This document shows positions 1 through 10,533 of a DNA stretch of 64,000 bases, in pieces; the stretch's first letter is position 1, and every line of letters begins with the position of its first letter. A program made the position numbers and the translations under genes. The notes below the pieces were generated by a model, which did not search any database, had not been told where the DNA came from, and was given only the letters and a program-made list of their open reading frames with translations. The DNA is taken from assembly GCA_965237955.1 (NCBI GenBank), contig OZ250169.1, positions 1,088,001 through 1,152,000 on the forward strand, given 5' to 3'. Source of the DNA: Candidatus Marinacidobacterales bacterium (lineage in GTDB: Bacteria > Acidobacteriota > Vicinamibacteria > Marinacidobacterales > SMYC01).

Positions 1-770
1 ATTTCGTAGTCCACTCCGAACAGCACCTGATAACCGAACAGAGTGTCGGAAAGTACCTCTTGGGCGACACTGGTCGTTCCAGCAAGATTCCGGCGGATCT
101 CTTCGACGTTGGGCAACCCCTCTCCGGTGGAGATCGCGGTGGGGTCGGCGTTCCTGGCCCACACTCCGGAGTATCCCATCTGGGCAAGACCGACACCCAT
201 GCCAAACCCGGCATAGGGGGTGACCCGGGTACTGTTGATGAAGTCCAGATACAGGTTCCCGAACAGGTTGTGCCCGGTGAGGGTGCCTATGCGGTCATTC
301 GCCACCCAGATTTCCTGACGAAGCTTGTCGCCGGAGGCTCCTTCGGCGAAGGGAATCTCGGAGGTCTGATTATATTGGGAGACCTGGTAGGAGTATTCAA
401 ACTCCGGCCGAAGGCGGACTCTCATCCCAGCCAGGTCGTTCTCCCAGGCTCGATACCCCAGTACAAATCCGGACAGAATGCCCCTGGCACCGTCGAAACT
501 GTTGCTCCAGTTGTCACCTGCCCCGCGATTCGAACCCGTGCAGTTGTAGTTTTCATACCCAGCAGTTTGTGTCACGGTCGCATACATCGGGTTGATGTAC
601 TCGTCACAAACGCTGGCCCGGTCGTTGGAGCTGCCTGTGATATTCATTCCAGAGTGGGAGTTCCTGCCAATCTCAAGGCCAAGATAAAGCCCCTGACCGT
701 GCGCTGTGCCCCGAGCGAAAATCCATATCGTAACTAGCAAGATAGTCAACGGTATATGAATACGTTTCAT
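1..770 (-). CDS. Outer-membrane beta-barrel protein (runs off window start); paralogue of 47531-48478
   Basis: Manual translation from ATG 770: MKRIHIPLTILLV.. signal peptide, SSNDRASVCDEYINP, NLYLDF, RVTPYARVGMGVG, EIRRNLAGTTS, LFGYQVLFGVDY. Absent from the ORF track because no stop lies in the window. Confidence 0.8.
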   Translation of the reverse strand, partial: MKRIHIPLTILLVTIWIFARGTAHGQGLYLGLEIGRNSHSGMNITGSSNDRASVCDEYINPMYATVTQTAGYENYNCTGSNRGAGDNWSNSFDGARGILSGFVLGYRAWENDLAGMRVRLRPEFEYSYQVSQYNQTSEIPFAEGASGDKLRQEIWVANDRIGTLTGHNLFGNLYLDFINSTRVTPYAGFGMGVGLAQMGYSGVWARNADPTAISTGEGLPNVEEIRRNLAGTTSVAQEVLSDTLFGYQVLFGVDYE

Positions 771-850
771 ACAGTCTGAGCTCCTCCCTGAGCGTTGAAC
801 AGTTTCGCGGGTAGATTGGGGGAAATTATATTGAAGTGACCCCGCTTTCG

Positions 851-970
851 GGATGTGTCCCGAGGTCCGTGGAAAAAGAACAGCGCCCTCCACTCCGTCA
901 TCAGGGTATCAGGTCAGGCGGCAACCTGCGCGTGTTCGAGAACTTCGCTCAGACGTTGGTAGCCGTCGAT
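851..970 (-). mobile_element. IS256-family right-end remnant
   Basis: Reverse-complement match to ~34207-34326, the end of an IS256-type transposase fragment; terminus GGATGTGTCCCG. Confidence 0.7.
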
Positions 971-1733
971 GGGTGCTTCCTCCATCAAATATTGCTACGC
1001 GGCTGCGGGCAGTGGTACAGGTGCGGAAGAGACCGGGTTGCGTGCCCCAGTGAGCAGGAAAACCTCGATCCGCGACCACAAAGGAATCGTCGTCGCCAAG
1101 AAGATGTCTCGAAAGGTGAGCCGTCGCGTGGTCAGACCGGCCTGCATAGCCGGAGTTCGGATCTCATGTCCGAACTTCAGAGCTTCGTGCGGTCGGACGA
1201 AGTTGTAATAGCAACGGAGCAACTCCATGTGCTCATCGAGCCTCTCCGTCGAGCGAGCGTGGGAAAGCGTTCGTCTCGAAAGGTATGCCGAGCTTTGCCA
1301 GATGGTCAGATTCAACCGCTCGATAAACGACGTGTTCAATGTCGAGGAGTCCTCGGAGTTATTGAGCGCGTCTTCGAATCGCCATGCGGCTCCGTGCAGC
1401 GCTCTCCGTTCGACTTTGATGATACGATCGTTCCTGCGCGTCTTGAGGACCTGGCCGTAGAGACACGCTGGCCGGAAGAAGCGACGGATGACCTTCTGGT
1501 AGAATTCGAATCCATCCGTGACGATCAGGGGAAGACGCCCGAAATTCATCCGCCTCGAAAGGTCACGAAACAGAGCGTGAGTGTTCCGGTAGCTTCGCCT
1601 TCCCGTCACCGTCGATGGCCAGAGCCGAGACCAGACCTCGATCGTAACGAAGACCCAACTCGGCGTCTTCTTGTTTGCCCGTGAACGTGCAAATCTCGTC
1701 GACTTGAAGCTCTTCGGCAGCGAAGTCGGCGAC
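971..1733 (-). mobile_element. IS1-family element, 5'-truncated copy
   Basis: TIR GGGTGCTTCCTCCATCAAAT at 971; encodes the C-terminal part of a transposase nearly identical to 5134-6201 (LNTSFIERLNLTI, YYNFVRPH). Confidence 0.85.
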
Positions 1734-1893
1734 TGTGCTCCGCAAAAAGTCGATCCAGCGTTGATTGCACGGTTTAGACCTGCCATGATCGGCTGCTTCG
1801 CCCCGGTCGACCGGTGGGCTCCATCACGATTACCGGTTGTCACGCATCGCCTGATGGTCTATTTCAAAAGGGGCCGAGTTTTGGCACAGGACG
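1734..1893. mobile_element. Short element with a family-D end (TGTGCTCCGCAAAAAGTC) on the left and a family-A end (..TTTTGGCACAGGACG) on the right
   Basis: Left motif recurs at 34384 and ~42238; right motif is the family-A TIR. Confidence 0.6.
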
Positions 1894-1945
1894 GGATTGC
1901 TCAATTCGCTTTATGGTCTTGTCCTTCATTGGCTCCCTCCTCCGT

Positions 1946-2422
1946 TTATGACTCGGTGTGAGAGATGACCTGGTAAGAGCCCGAGTCCGGCCTTCCATCT
2001 TCCTGGAGGTTGGAGATCTCGAGAGTATATGAGCCGGCTGGTTCTTCTTCCGCGGTGATTCGAGTAGGCTTCGCTGGCGGTTCACCGATTGAGGACGCGA
2101 CAACGTCTTCGCACGCATTCCTCTGGGAAAGCCGACAATTACATTGGCCACGATAAATGACGGCGTCAAGCCTGTTGGAATCTCGATTCCAGTCAACAAC
2201 GGCCTCGATGTCACCTAAGGCTGTCGTGCTGAACGAGAAGAACCTAAGGAAATCACAGTCTAACGTTTGTGAGGACTCGAGAGTGCCAATGTTGAAACTA
2301 CCGTCAGCTATCACCCTGCTTACATCGAAAACTGGCGCCACTGCGCCAGTAGGTGGCTTGCAGTGAGTCATCGCCAAGAAGGCAGCTGCAACGATCACTT
2401 TCTTTTTCGGCATTCGGCTCAT
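1946..2422 (-). CDS. Hypothetical exported protein / lipoprotein
   Basis: MSRMPKKKVIVAAAFLAMTHC signal-like N-terminus; the upstream ORF extension overlaps IS3 DNA and is discarded. Confidence 0.55.
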   Translation of the reverse strand: MSRMPKKKVIVAAAFLAMTHCKPPTGAVAPVFDVSRVIADGSFNIGTLESSQTLDCDFLRFFSFSTTALGDIEAVVDWNRDSNRLDAVIYRGQCNCRLSQRNACEDVVASSIGEPPAKPTRITAEEEPAGSYTLEISNLQEDGRPDSGSYQVISHTES

Positions 2423-2601
2423 CCAACCTAAGTGGTGTTTCTTAAGCGGCCAAGTCTCAATCTTCGGCATTCGGGCGTCAAGCATATCAATACTGGACTG
2501 GAAAAGAACCAGGCGCAGGCCAAGCCACAGTTGACGGCGATCCCCTACGCGGAAAGCCTGAAGGAGTGTGAGACGAACAAAGCCAAGTTCCAGGATTGGT
2601 G

Positions 2602-3897
<1,296 letters not shown>

Positions 3898-4337
3898 CCG
3901 CGGAGGACGCGCTCGCTCGCGCCGCCGCCGAGACCAAGCCAGTGCTCCCCGCACAGCAAGCCCCGCCGGCATCGCCTGATCCACAACCGCCGGCGCCCGC
4001 CCGCGTGAGTGATGAGGATGCGATCCGCAAAGTACTTGCCAACTATGTGCAGGCGATCGAGAGCAAGGACTTGTCTCTTTTCGCTAGCGTGAAACCGAAT
4101 CTCTCCGCCGACGAGCGAAGCCGACTCGAAAAGTCGTTCGCCACAATAGACTCGCATCAGATCGATGTTGCGATTTCCGCGGTGGAGATTCAGGGTTCTC
4201 AAGCTTCGGTCAGGATTTCGCGTAAAGATACGATCACCTTCAACGGGCAGACACAAACCCGCGCGTCGCGGCAGATCATAGTCTTTGTCAAGAAGCCCAA
4301 CGGTTGGGTGATCGAACAAATCGCTCAGGCTCCCTGA
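3898..4337 (+). pseudogene. C-terminal fragment: Pro-rich linker plus NTF2-like domain
   Basis: PAQQAPPASPDPQPPAP..DEDAIRKVLANYVQAIESKD..GWVIEQI; 5' part replaced by IS6. Confidence 0.6.
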
Positions 4338-4380
4338 GCTAGTTCGTCTACTGGACTCGCTCGTTCACAAAGGAGGCTCC

Positions 4381-4793
4381 ATGGTTAAACGGCTCCAACT
4401 GTTCCTAGCTTTGTGCTTGGTTCTGGGCTCATCAAGGGCCTACGGTGACGACCCGTTCAATATCGCGGTAAAGCCTGAGAAGCTTGCATTTCTCCTTACT
4501 CAGCTCTACGGTCCCGGTGGCCTCATCGTAGACAGCCTGACCGTGCTTCCGAGCGGGGACACGCACTCGGCCCACTTCAATAGCGACTTTCAAACCGGCT
4601 TCACGCAGTTCAATACCGCCCTTGCAAGCCAGATTGTCAACGTTCCACTTCCGTCACCCGCTTCCGGCTTCACCTACGAGTTCGATGCGACCCTTGGAGT
4701 CTTTACCCGAACCACCCAGAGCTTCGGACCGATACTTGCCGAGCGCTGGGAAACCATCGGCGGTGGCCGATTCTCCTTCGGCTTCACATTTCA
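4381..4793 (+). pseudogene. N-terminal fragment of an exported, probably outer-membrane protein
   Basis: RBS AGGAGG, signal peptide, PLPSPASGFTYEFD..SFGPILAER; interrupted at ~4793 by IS110 DNA. Confidence 0.65.
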
Positions 4794-5042
4794 TACTATC
4801 GACGTCTCGCCTATCGCGTCGGTAAATCCAAAGCCATCACCGCCACCGCTCGAAAGCTCGCCATTCTCGTCTACCGCACTCTCAAGGATGGGCTCGTCTA
4901 TCAAGACCCCGGGGCCGCCGCCTACAACGCTCAAGATCGCTCCCGTGCCGTGCGCCGCCTGACCCAACGCGCCGCTGACCTCGGTTTCGCTCTCATCGAC
5001 ACTCAAACGGGCGACGTCGTTCAGGCGGTAGTTTCTTAGGAG
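4794..5042 (+). mobile_element. IS110-family transposase C-terminal remnant and right end
   Basis: Frame from 4794: YYRRLAYRVGKSKAITATARKLAILVYRTLK..AADLGFAL..VS*; ends GTTTCTTAGGAG. Confidence 0.8.
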
Positions 5043-6225
5043 TGTTGGCGGCCAGTCCCTAACCCCCCTGCGTGCTAGAGTATGAGCCAGAATTTCGAGG
5101 ACACTGTTCTCTCGTGGTCAGGGCCGATCCAAAGTGAAAAATCGCAGATGTCTCAATCGCGCCTGTCCGTTGCGGGGCAAAGTCAGTTCCGGAAACATCG
5201 TTCGCCACGGATTCTACCGAACCAGGTCCGGGAAACGTCGTCGATTCCGGTGTGTCGAGTGCGGAAAGACGTTCTCTTTGACCAAGGGCACGCCGTACTA
5301 CCGTCTCCAGCATCGAAGAGCTACTTTCGATGCCGTAGTCGCTCTAAGAGTCGAAGGTGTCAGCATTTCCGCGACTGCTCGGGTCGAGGGGATTGCCTGG
5401 AATACCGTGGCTCGCTGGCTCGAGCGGGCGGCGCACGCTTGTCGTCGATTCAACCGCGAGACGATCATCGGATTCGCCGTCGAGGAGCTCCAGGCCGATG
5501 AGGTCCGCACGTTCGTTGGTAGCAAGAAACGGCCGAGCTGGATCTTCGCTGCCATCGAGGTCGGGTCGCGGCCCTGGCCCTCGACGGTCGTCGGGCGACG
5601 AAGCTACCGAAACACTCTGGCGCTCGTTCGCGACGTCTCCAACCAAATGGATTTCATGAAACTTCCCCTGATCGTCACGGATGGGCTCGATTTCTACGAA
5701 AAGGTCGTCCGTCGCGTCTTCGGGCCGGCTTGTCTCTATGGCCAAGTCCTCAAGACGCGTAGGAACGATCGTGTCGTCAAGGTCGAACGACGGGCCATTC
5801 ATGGAGCTGCGTGGCGATTCGAAGAAGCGCTCAATAACTCCGAGGACTCTTCGACATTGAATACCTCCTTCATCGAGCGACTGAATCTGACCATCCGGCA
5901 AAGCTCGGCATACCTTTCGAGACGAACGCTTTCCCACGCTCGCTCGACGGAGAGGCTCGATGAGCACCTGGAGTTGCTCCGTTGCTATTACAATTTCGTC
6001 CGACCGCACGGAACTCTGAAGTTCGGACGTGAGATCCGAACTCCGGCTATGCAGGCCGGTCTGACCACGCGACGGCTCACCTTTCGAGACATCTTCTTGG
6101 CGACAACGATTCCTTTGTGGTCGCGGATCGAGGTTTTCTTGCTCACTGGGAGGCGCAACCTGGTCTCTTCCGCACCTGTACCACTGCCCGCAGCCGCGTA
6201 GCAACATTTGATGGAGGAAGCACCC
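5043..6225 (+). mobile_element. IS1-family element, outer part of left TIR missing
   Basis: Right TIR CAACATTTGATGGAGGAAGCACCC ends at 6225; left side begins TGTTGG. Confidence 0.75.
5134..6201 (+). CDS. IS1-family transposase, single ORF (Zn ribbon, HTH, DDE)
   Basis: CLNRAC..CVECGKTF, ELQADEV, VTDG, TSFIERLNLTIR, YYNFVRPH. Confidence 0.85.
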   Translation: MKNRRCLNRACPLRGKVSSGNIVRHGFYRTRSGKRRRFRCVECGKTFSLTKGTPYYRLQHRRATFDAVVALRVEGVSISATARVEGIAWNTVARWLERAAHACRRFNRETIIGFAVEELQADEVRTFVGSKKRPSWIFAAIEVGSRPWPSTVVGRRSYRNTLALVRDVSNQMDFMKLPLIVTDGLDFYEKVVRRVFGPACLYGQVLKTRRNDRVVKVERRAIHGAAWRFEEALNNSEDSSTLNTSFIERLNLTIRQSSAYLSRRTLSHARSTERLDEHLELLRCYYNFVRPHGTLKFGREIRTPAMQAGLTTRRLTFRDIFLATTIPLWSRIEVFLLTGRRNLVSSAPVPLPAAA

Positions 6226-6245
6226 AAAGTTTAGGAGGATATACC

Positions 6246-7589
6246 TTGTTGAAGAACGGCATGTTGACATTCCTTGTTTTCACTCTTTGGTCGGTGCCGA
6301 CCGCGGCGGTGCCCGCTGCCGAGGAGCCGGACGTGGAGACCGCCGCTCTCGAAGCTGAGATCCGCCAGGAGTTGTCTTTGCTACACTCGCGTCTGTTAAA
6401 GCTCGAGGCGCTTTTGGACTCGTTGCAGGCAGGCAGTGGAGCCTCCGAAGTCGCACCCGGCGGGGACTCAGGTAAAACCGCCGTGGACGAGGCCGTTCCT
6501 CCCGCCCCGAAGCCCGCCATCTCTGGTCGTAGCGATCAGAAGCTGTCCAGGGGCGTGGCAAGCAGCGGAGGCCAGGCGATCTCGTTCACCGGCTTGCTTG
6601 ACACCTATTTCACGTACAATACCAACAGTCCACCAGACGGCTACAACACGCTGTACTACACGAATCCGAATGCGCGGGGCTTCGGCTTAAATCAAGCCAA
6701 GATCGAGATCGACGCCAGCGGCGACGGGCCCATCGGATTCCGTTCCGACATCTGGTTCGGCTCCGGGGCGCGCCTGTTCCGAGACGGTCTTGAGCCGGGT
6801 CCACTCGAGGATGTGCTGTACCTGCAACAGGCGTATGGCTACTACCAGTTCTCGAACGGAGCGCAGCTCGATGTTGGCCTGTTTGGCACGATTGCTGGCC
6901 TGGAAGTGGCCGAGTCACACCTGAACTGGAACTACACCCGAGGCATCCTGTGGGCTTGGAACGAGCCCTTCTCGCACCTTGGCGCTCGGCTCAGCATGCC
7001 GATGACGGACACGTTCACGTCGACCGTCATGCTTGTCAACGGCTTCGACAACGCCTGGGATCAGAATACCGGCAAGTCGTACGGTCTGCAAGGTTCCTTC
7101 GCTCCAAACGATGGCTTCAACACGACCTTGACCTGGATTAATGGACCGGAGAATTGGGGCACGAACGAAGGCTGGCTCAAGAACCTTAGTTGGAACGCCT
7201 ACAAGATGCTGCACGAGCGGTTGGAGTTCATGGCCAACCTCGATTACATCCAGGCCAACGATCCAGAGTTCGGCAGCGCGACATCCTGGGGCATGGGCGG
7301 GTACGCCCGCGGGCATGTCTCGGACCAGGTGCGCATCGCCTACCGCTTCGAATTCATGGACGACACCGATGCGCGGTCGACCGGATTCAAGCAGAACCTC
7401 CGGGAGAACACGTTCACGCTCGAGGTCCAGCCTGTGAAGGACGACCCACGCTTTCTGACGCGTATCGAATACCGCCGTGACTGGTCCGACCTCCCGTTCT
7501 TCACCTGCGGCAGCTGCGCGAGTGGCATGGCGACGAAACAGGACACGTTCACGGTTGGTATGATGTGGGTCTTCGGACCCAGGCAATAG
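6246..7589 (+). CDS. Outer-membrane beta-barrel porin with N-terminal coiled coil
   Basis: RBS AGGAGGA before TTG 6246; signal peptide; GLLDTYFTYN, YLQQAYG, NWNYTRG, RIEYRRD, terminal VGMMWVF. Confidence 0.8.
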   Translation: MLKNGMLTFLVFTLWSVPTAAVPAAEEPDVETAALEAEIRQELSLLHSRLLKLEALLDSLQAGSGASEVAPGGDSGKTAVDEAVPPAPKPAISGRSDQKLSRGVASSGGQAISFTGLLDTYFTYNTNSPPDGYNTLYYTNPNARGFGLNQAKIEIDASGDGPIGFRSDIWFGSGARLFRDGLEPGPLEDVLYLQQAYGYYQFSNGAQLDVGLFGTIAGLEVAESHLNWNYTRGILWAWNEPFSHLGARLSMPMTDTFTSTVMLVNGFDNAWDQNTGKSYGLQGSFAPNDGFNTTLTWINGPENWGTNEGWLKNLSWNAYKMLHERLEFMANLDYIQANDPEFGSATSWGMGGYARGHVSDQVRIAYRFEFMDDTDARSTGFKQNLRENTFTLEVQPVKDDPRFLTRIEYRRDWSDLPFFTCGSCASGMATKQDTFTVGMMWVFGPRQ

Positions 7590-7597
7590 GGGTCGCC

Positions 7598-7675
7598 CGA
7601 CGGCACGGGGCTGGGAGGGTGCCTTTTGAGAGCGTTCGACGGCACGGGGCTGGGAGGGTGCCTTTTGAGAGCGTT
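7598..7675 (+). repeat. Exact 39-bp tandem duplication containing a terminator-like GGCAC..GTGCC-TTTT hairpin
   Basis: CGACGGCACGGGGCTGGGAGGGTGCCTTTTGAGAGCGTT x2, just after the porin stop codon. Confidence 0.9.
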
Positions 7676-8192
7676 GAGGTTGCGAACGTCCCGGAATAAG
7701 TTGCCTCGTGCGGGACGAAGATGAGGGCGCGAAAGGTGTGTGATTTGTGCACATCGTTCAACGAGGTCCGTGGTCGGTGACCACGAAGCCCCCGGGCGGC
7801 TTGCGATGGAAGTCCGAGAGGTTGGTGAAGGATCGTTCTTTTTTCGCAGAAGCTTTCGCGGATGAAACGGGTAGCCCTTTTCTCGTTGGCTCGGCCTGAG
7901 AGGAGGCTTGGGACTGGAAGGTGGAAAAACATACCTGCTCCGCCAGCCACTCGCCGAGCGCCGACTTTGAGGTTGTCGTAGAACCAGCTACCTTTGGACA
8001 TCCTCCAAGCTCATGGAGAGAGCGGTATGAGAAAGGGCTTCGAATTTGTCAAGGCGGTCGTATCCTGCTCCCCTGAAAGTTGAAGCCACCCACAAAGCTG
8101 TGCTGAGATGGTCGGCGGAAAGGTGGTTGAAGATGTCGACGAAGAAGTCGGGGGAGTCTGTCCAGAGGTGGACGGCGAAGCGACGAGCGAAT

Positions 8193-9381
8193 CTAGTCCC
8201 ATGGAACAGAAAAAGCTAGACAACACCGGCCCTTCTGTGATCTGCTAAATGCATGAAACACAAGGGCCGGCGAAAAGCCGAATTGAAGCTGTCGTCTCAA
8301 GAAAGCGAAGCGCTGACGCGACTGGCGCGACGCAGCCGTAGTTCGCCGCACCAAGCCTTCCGAGCGAAGATCGTGCTGGATTGCGCGGCGGGTCTGACGA
8401 ATATGGAAGTTGCTAGGAAGATGCACACCATGAGGAGCACGGTGGGCAAGTGGCGAAGACGCTTTGTAGAACAACGAATGGAAGGGTTGTACGACGAACC
8501 TCGGCCGGGAGCGGCTCGCAAAATCGGCGATGACCAGATCGAGGAAGTCGTGACCAAGACGCTGGCGACGACTCCAAAGGGGAGAACCCATTGGAGTACG
8601 CGCTCGATGGCCAAGCATCTTGGGCTGAGTCATTCGACGATTGGACGTATTTGGCGAACGTTCGGGCTTCAACCGCACCGCTCGGAATCGTTTCGTCTCT
8701 CGCAAGACCCACAACTGGTCGAAAAAGTACGCGACGTTGTTGGCCTGTATATGAACCCACCGGATAACGCGGTCGTCCTGTGCGTCGACGAGAAATCGCA
8801 GATTCAAGCGCTCGAGCGTGCTCAACCTGTCCTGCCCATGAGCTTGGGCCAGCCCGAGCGACAAACCCACGACTACATTCGGCATGGAACGACTGACCTG
8901 TTTGCCGCACTCGACGCCGCAACAGGTGAAGTCTTCGGAAAGTGCTACGCGCGACATCGAGCGCTAGAGTTCAAGAAGTTCCTCGCTGAGATCGAAGCAG
9001 CCGTTCCCAGCGAGTTGGACATCCACGTCGTGCTCGACAATCTCGCCACGCACAAGACACCGGCGATCAAACGCTGGCTTTCCAAGCGACCTCGGTTCCA
9101 CTTTCACTTCACACCGACACACGCCTCTTGGCTCAACTTCGCTGAGCGCTTCTTTGGCTTGCTCACCGAACACGCCTTGCGACGAGGCTCGCACACGAGC
9201 GTGCCTCAGCTCCGCGTTGCGATACAAGACTATCTCGATGCTCACAACGAGAACCCAAAGCCGTTCAAGTGGACGAAATCCGCCGACCAAATCCTCGAAA
9301 CCATCGCTCGGTTCGCCCAGCGAACGCTCGATACACATGGCAAATCGAATTTGGACAGTAATTAAAGATCCAGGGGACTAG
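8193..9381 (+). mobile_element. IS630-family element, copy 1 (1189 bp, CTAG site)
   Basis: CTAGTCCCATGG..CCAGGGGACTAG; near-identical to 24501-25689. Confidence 0.95.
8253..9365 (+). CDS. IS630-family transposase
   Basis: [43 protein letters not shown]. Confidence 0.95.
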   Translation: MKHKGRRKAELKLSSQESEALTRLARRSRSSPHQAFRAKIVLDCAAGLTNMEVARKMHTMRSTVGKWRRRFVEQRMEGLYDEPRPGAARKIGDDQIEEVVTKTLATTPKGRTHWSTRSMAKHLGLSHSTIGRIWRTFGLQPHRSESFRLSQDPQLVEKVRDVVGLYMNPPDNAVVLCVDEKSQIQALERAQPVLPMSLGQPERQTHDYIRHGTTDLFAALDAATGEVFGKCYARHRALEFKKFLAEIEAAVPSELDIHVVLDNLATHKTPAIKRWLSKRPRFHFHFTPTHASWLNFAERFFGLLTEHALRRGSHTSVPQLRVAIQDYLDAHNENPKPFKWTKSADQILETIARFAQRTLDTHGKSNLDSN

Positions 9382-10089
9382 TGCTGAGCATACTGAAGGG
9401 CGAGGAGATCAAGAAGCTGAAGCAGAAGATCGGCGAGCTGGTGATCGACAATGCTATTTCGACGACAAAACGTCCGAGGAGTAGTGAACGCGGTGACGGG
9501 CGTCTCAGAGAGAAGGGTGTGCCGCGTGTTGAAGGTTCCACGCTCCCTAATGCATCCGGGGCGCGCCGGATGCGAACCGGGCGACGACAACCGACCGAAG
9601 GGCCGCTGGTAAATCGGCTCGGCGAACTGGCGGTTGAGTTTCCCACGTTCGGCTACCGTCGGCTGTGGGCAATACTGAGACGCCGTGACGGCATCCTAGT
9701 GAATCGAAAGGTGGTTTACCGGATTCTGAAGGCGAACGGTTGGTTCGTACATCAGCGAAGCTATACGCCCCGACCTCGAGTACAAGGTCGACGCAGCCGA
9801 GCGGCCTGTAGCAACGAGCGGTGGGCGATGGGCCTGGCCCACATCTCGTGCGGCCGCGACGGATGGGCGCATCTAGCAAGCGGTCCATTTCGGGAGTTTT
9901 GGGAGTCCGTGCAGGGGCTGAGCCAGATTTCGAGTTGGCGGACTTCCGGGCCGGTACTGTCAAGTTGAAGTATTCTGATATACAATATTCGGTTTTTGTT
10001 CTTCATAATGGAGTGGCTCGCGATGCCTAAATGGCCAGGGAGCGCTGACAAGCAGCCAACTACTTTTAGAGGCCTCTCTCGATCTGAAC

Positions 10090-10239
10090 TACGGCGACGA
10101 CCAAGAATGTCCAGGGTTGGTTCGGCGTGCTCATGACCGAGCATTCTAGCCTCCCATAGCGAAGCAAGCGTAGACGCGTCTATACGAAACGCTCCGGCTG
10201 ATGCAGGTCTTGAGTTCGTTCGTGTTTTTGGACACGACG
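10090..10239 (-). mobile_element. Family-B integrase-core element, left-end remnant
   Basis: End CGTCGTGTCCAAAAACAC; first codons MSTPNQPWTFLVVAV; homologous to 27075-27224. Confidence 0.7.
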
Positions 10240-10421
10240 CCGTTTCGGGAGGCGATGTAACCGACACCCCGAATCAAGTAGAGAAGACACCAGCGAATTT
10301 CGGGGGTCAACGACTCTGGGTCGGCAAGCACGCGAGGAACGAGGTTATACGCCACTCCTTCCTCTTCATTGAGGAGAAGGCGAAACAAATCCTCTCGAAC
10401 TTGAAACTTTCGACCCGACAT
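10240..10421 (-). pseudogene. N-terminal fragment of an unknown protein
   Basis: ORF runs into the family-B end at 10239. Confidence 0.35.
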
Positions 10422-10533
10422 CGTCTTATCAATTGAAAACCTACGGGCGTCGACAAGTAACGGCAGCCACCGTCCTCGCGAGACCTGTCAGCCTTAGGAT
10501 ACCAGGAAGAAACCTTTTAAGCAGTTTTTTTTC

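Larger units (their letters stand above)
8133..9913 (+). mobile_element. Degenerate IS3-family element interrupted by IS630
   Basis: Removing IS630 rejoins MSTKKSGESVQRWTAKRRANL-VLSILKGE; downstream FGYRRLWA, NRKVVYRI, SNERWA; internal deletions. Confidence 0.7.

Noticed and set aside
60-737. 225-aa plus-strand ORF
   Set aside because: Antisense shadow of the minus-strand beta-barrel gene.
6117-6245. N-terminal extension of the porin ORF
   Set aside because: Lies largely in the IS1-like element; the RBS points to TTG 6246.
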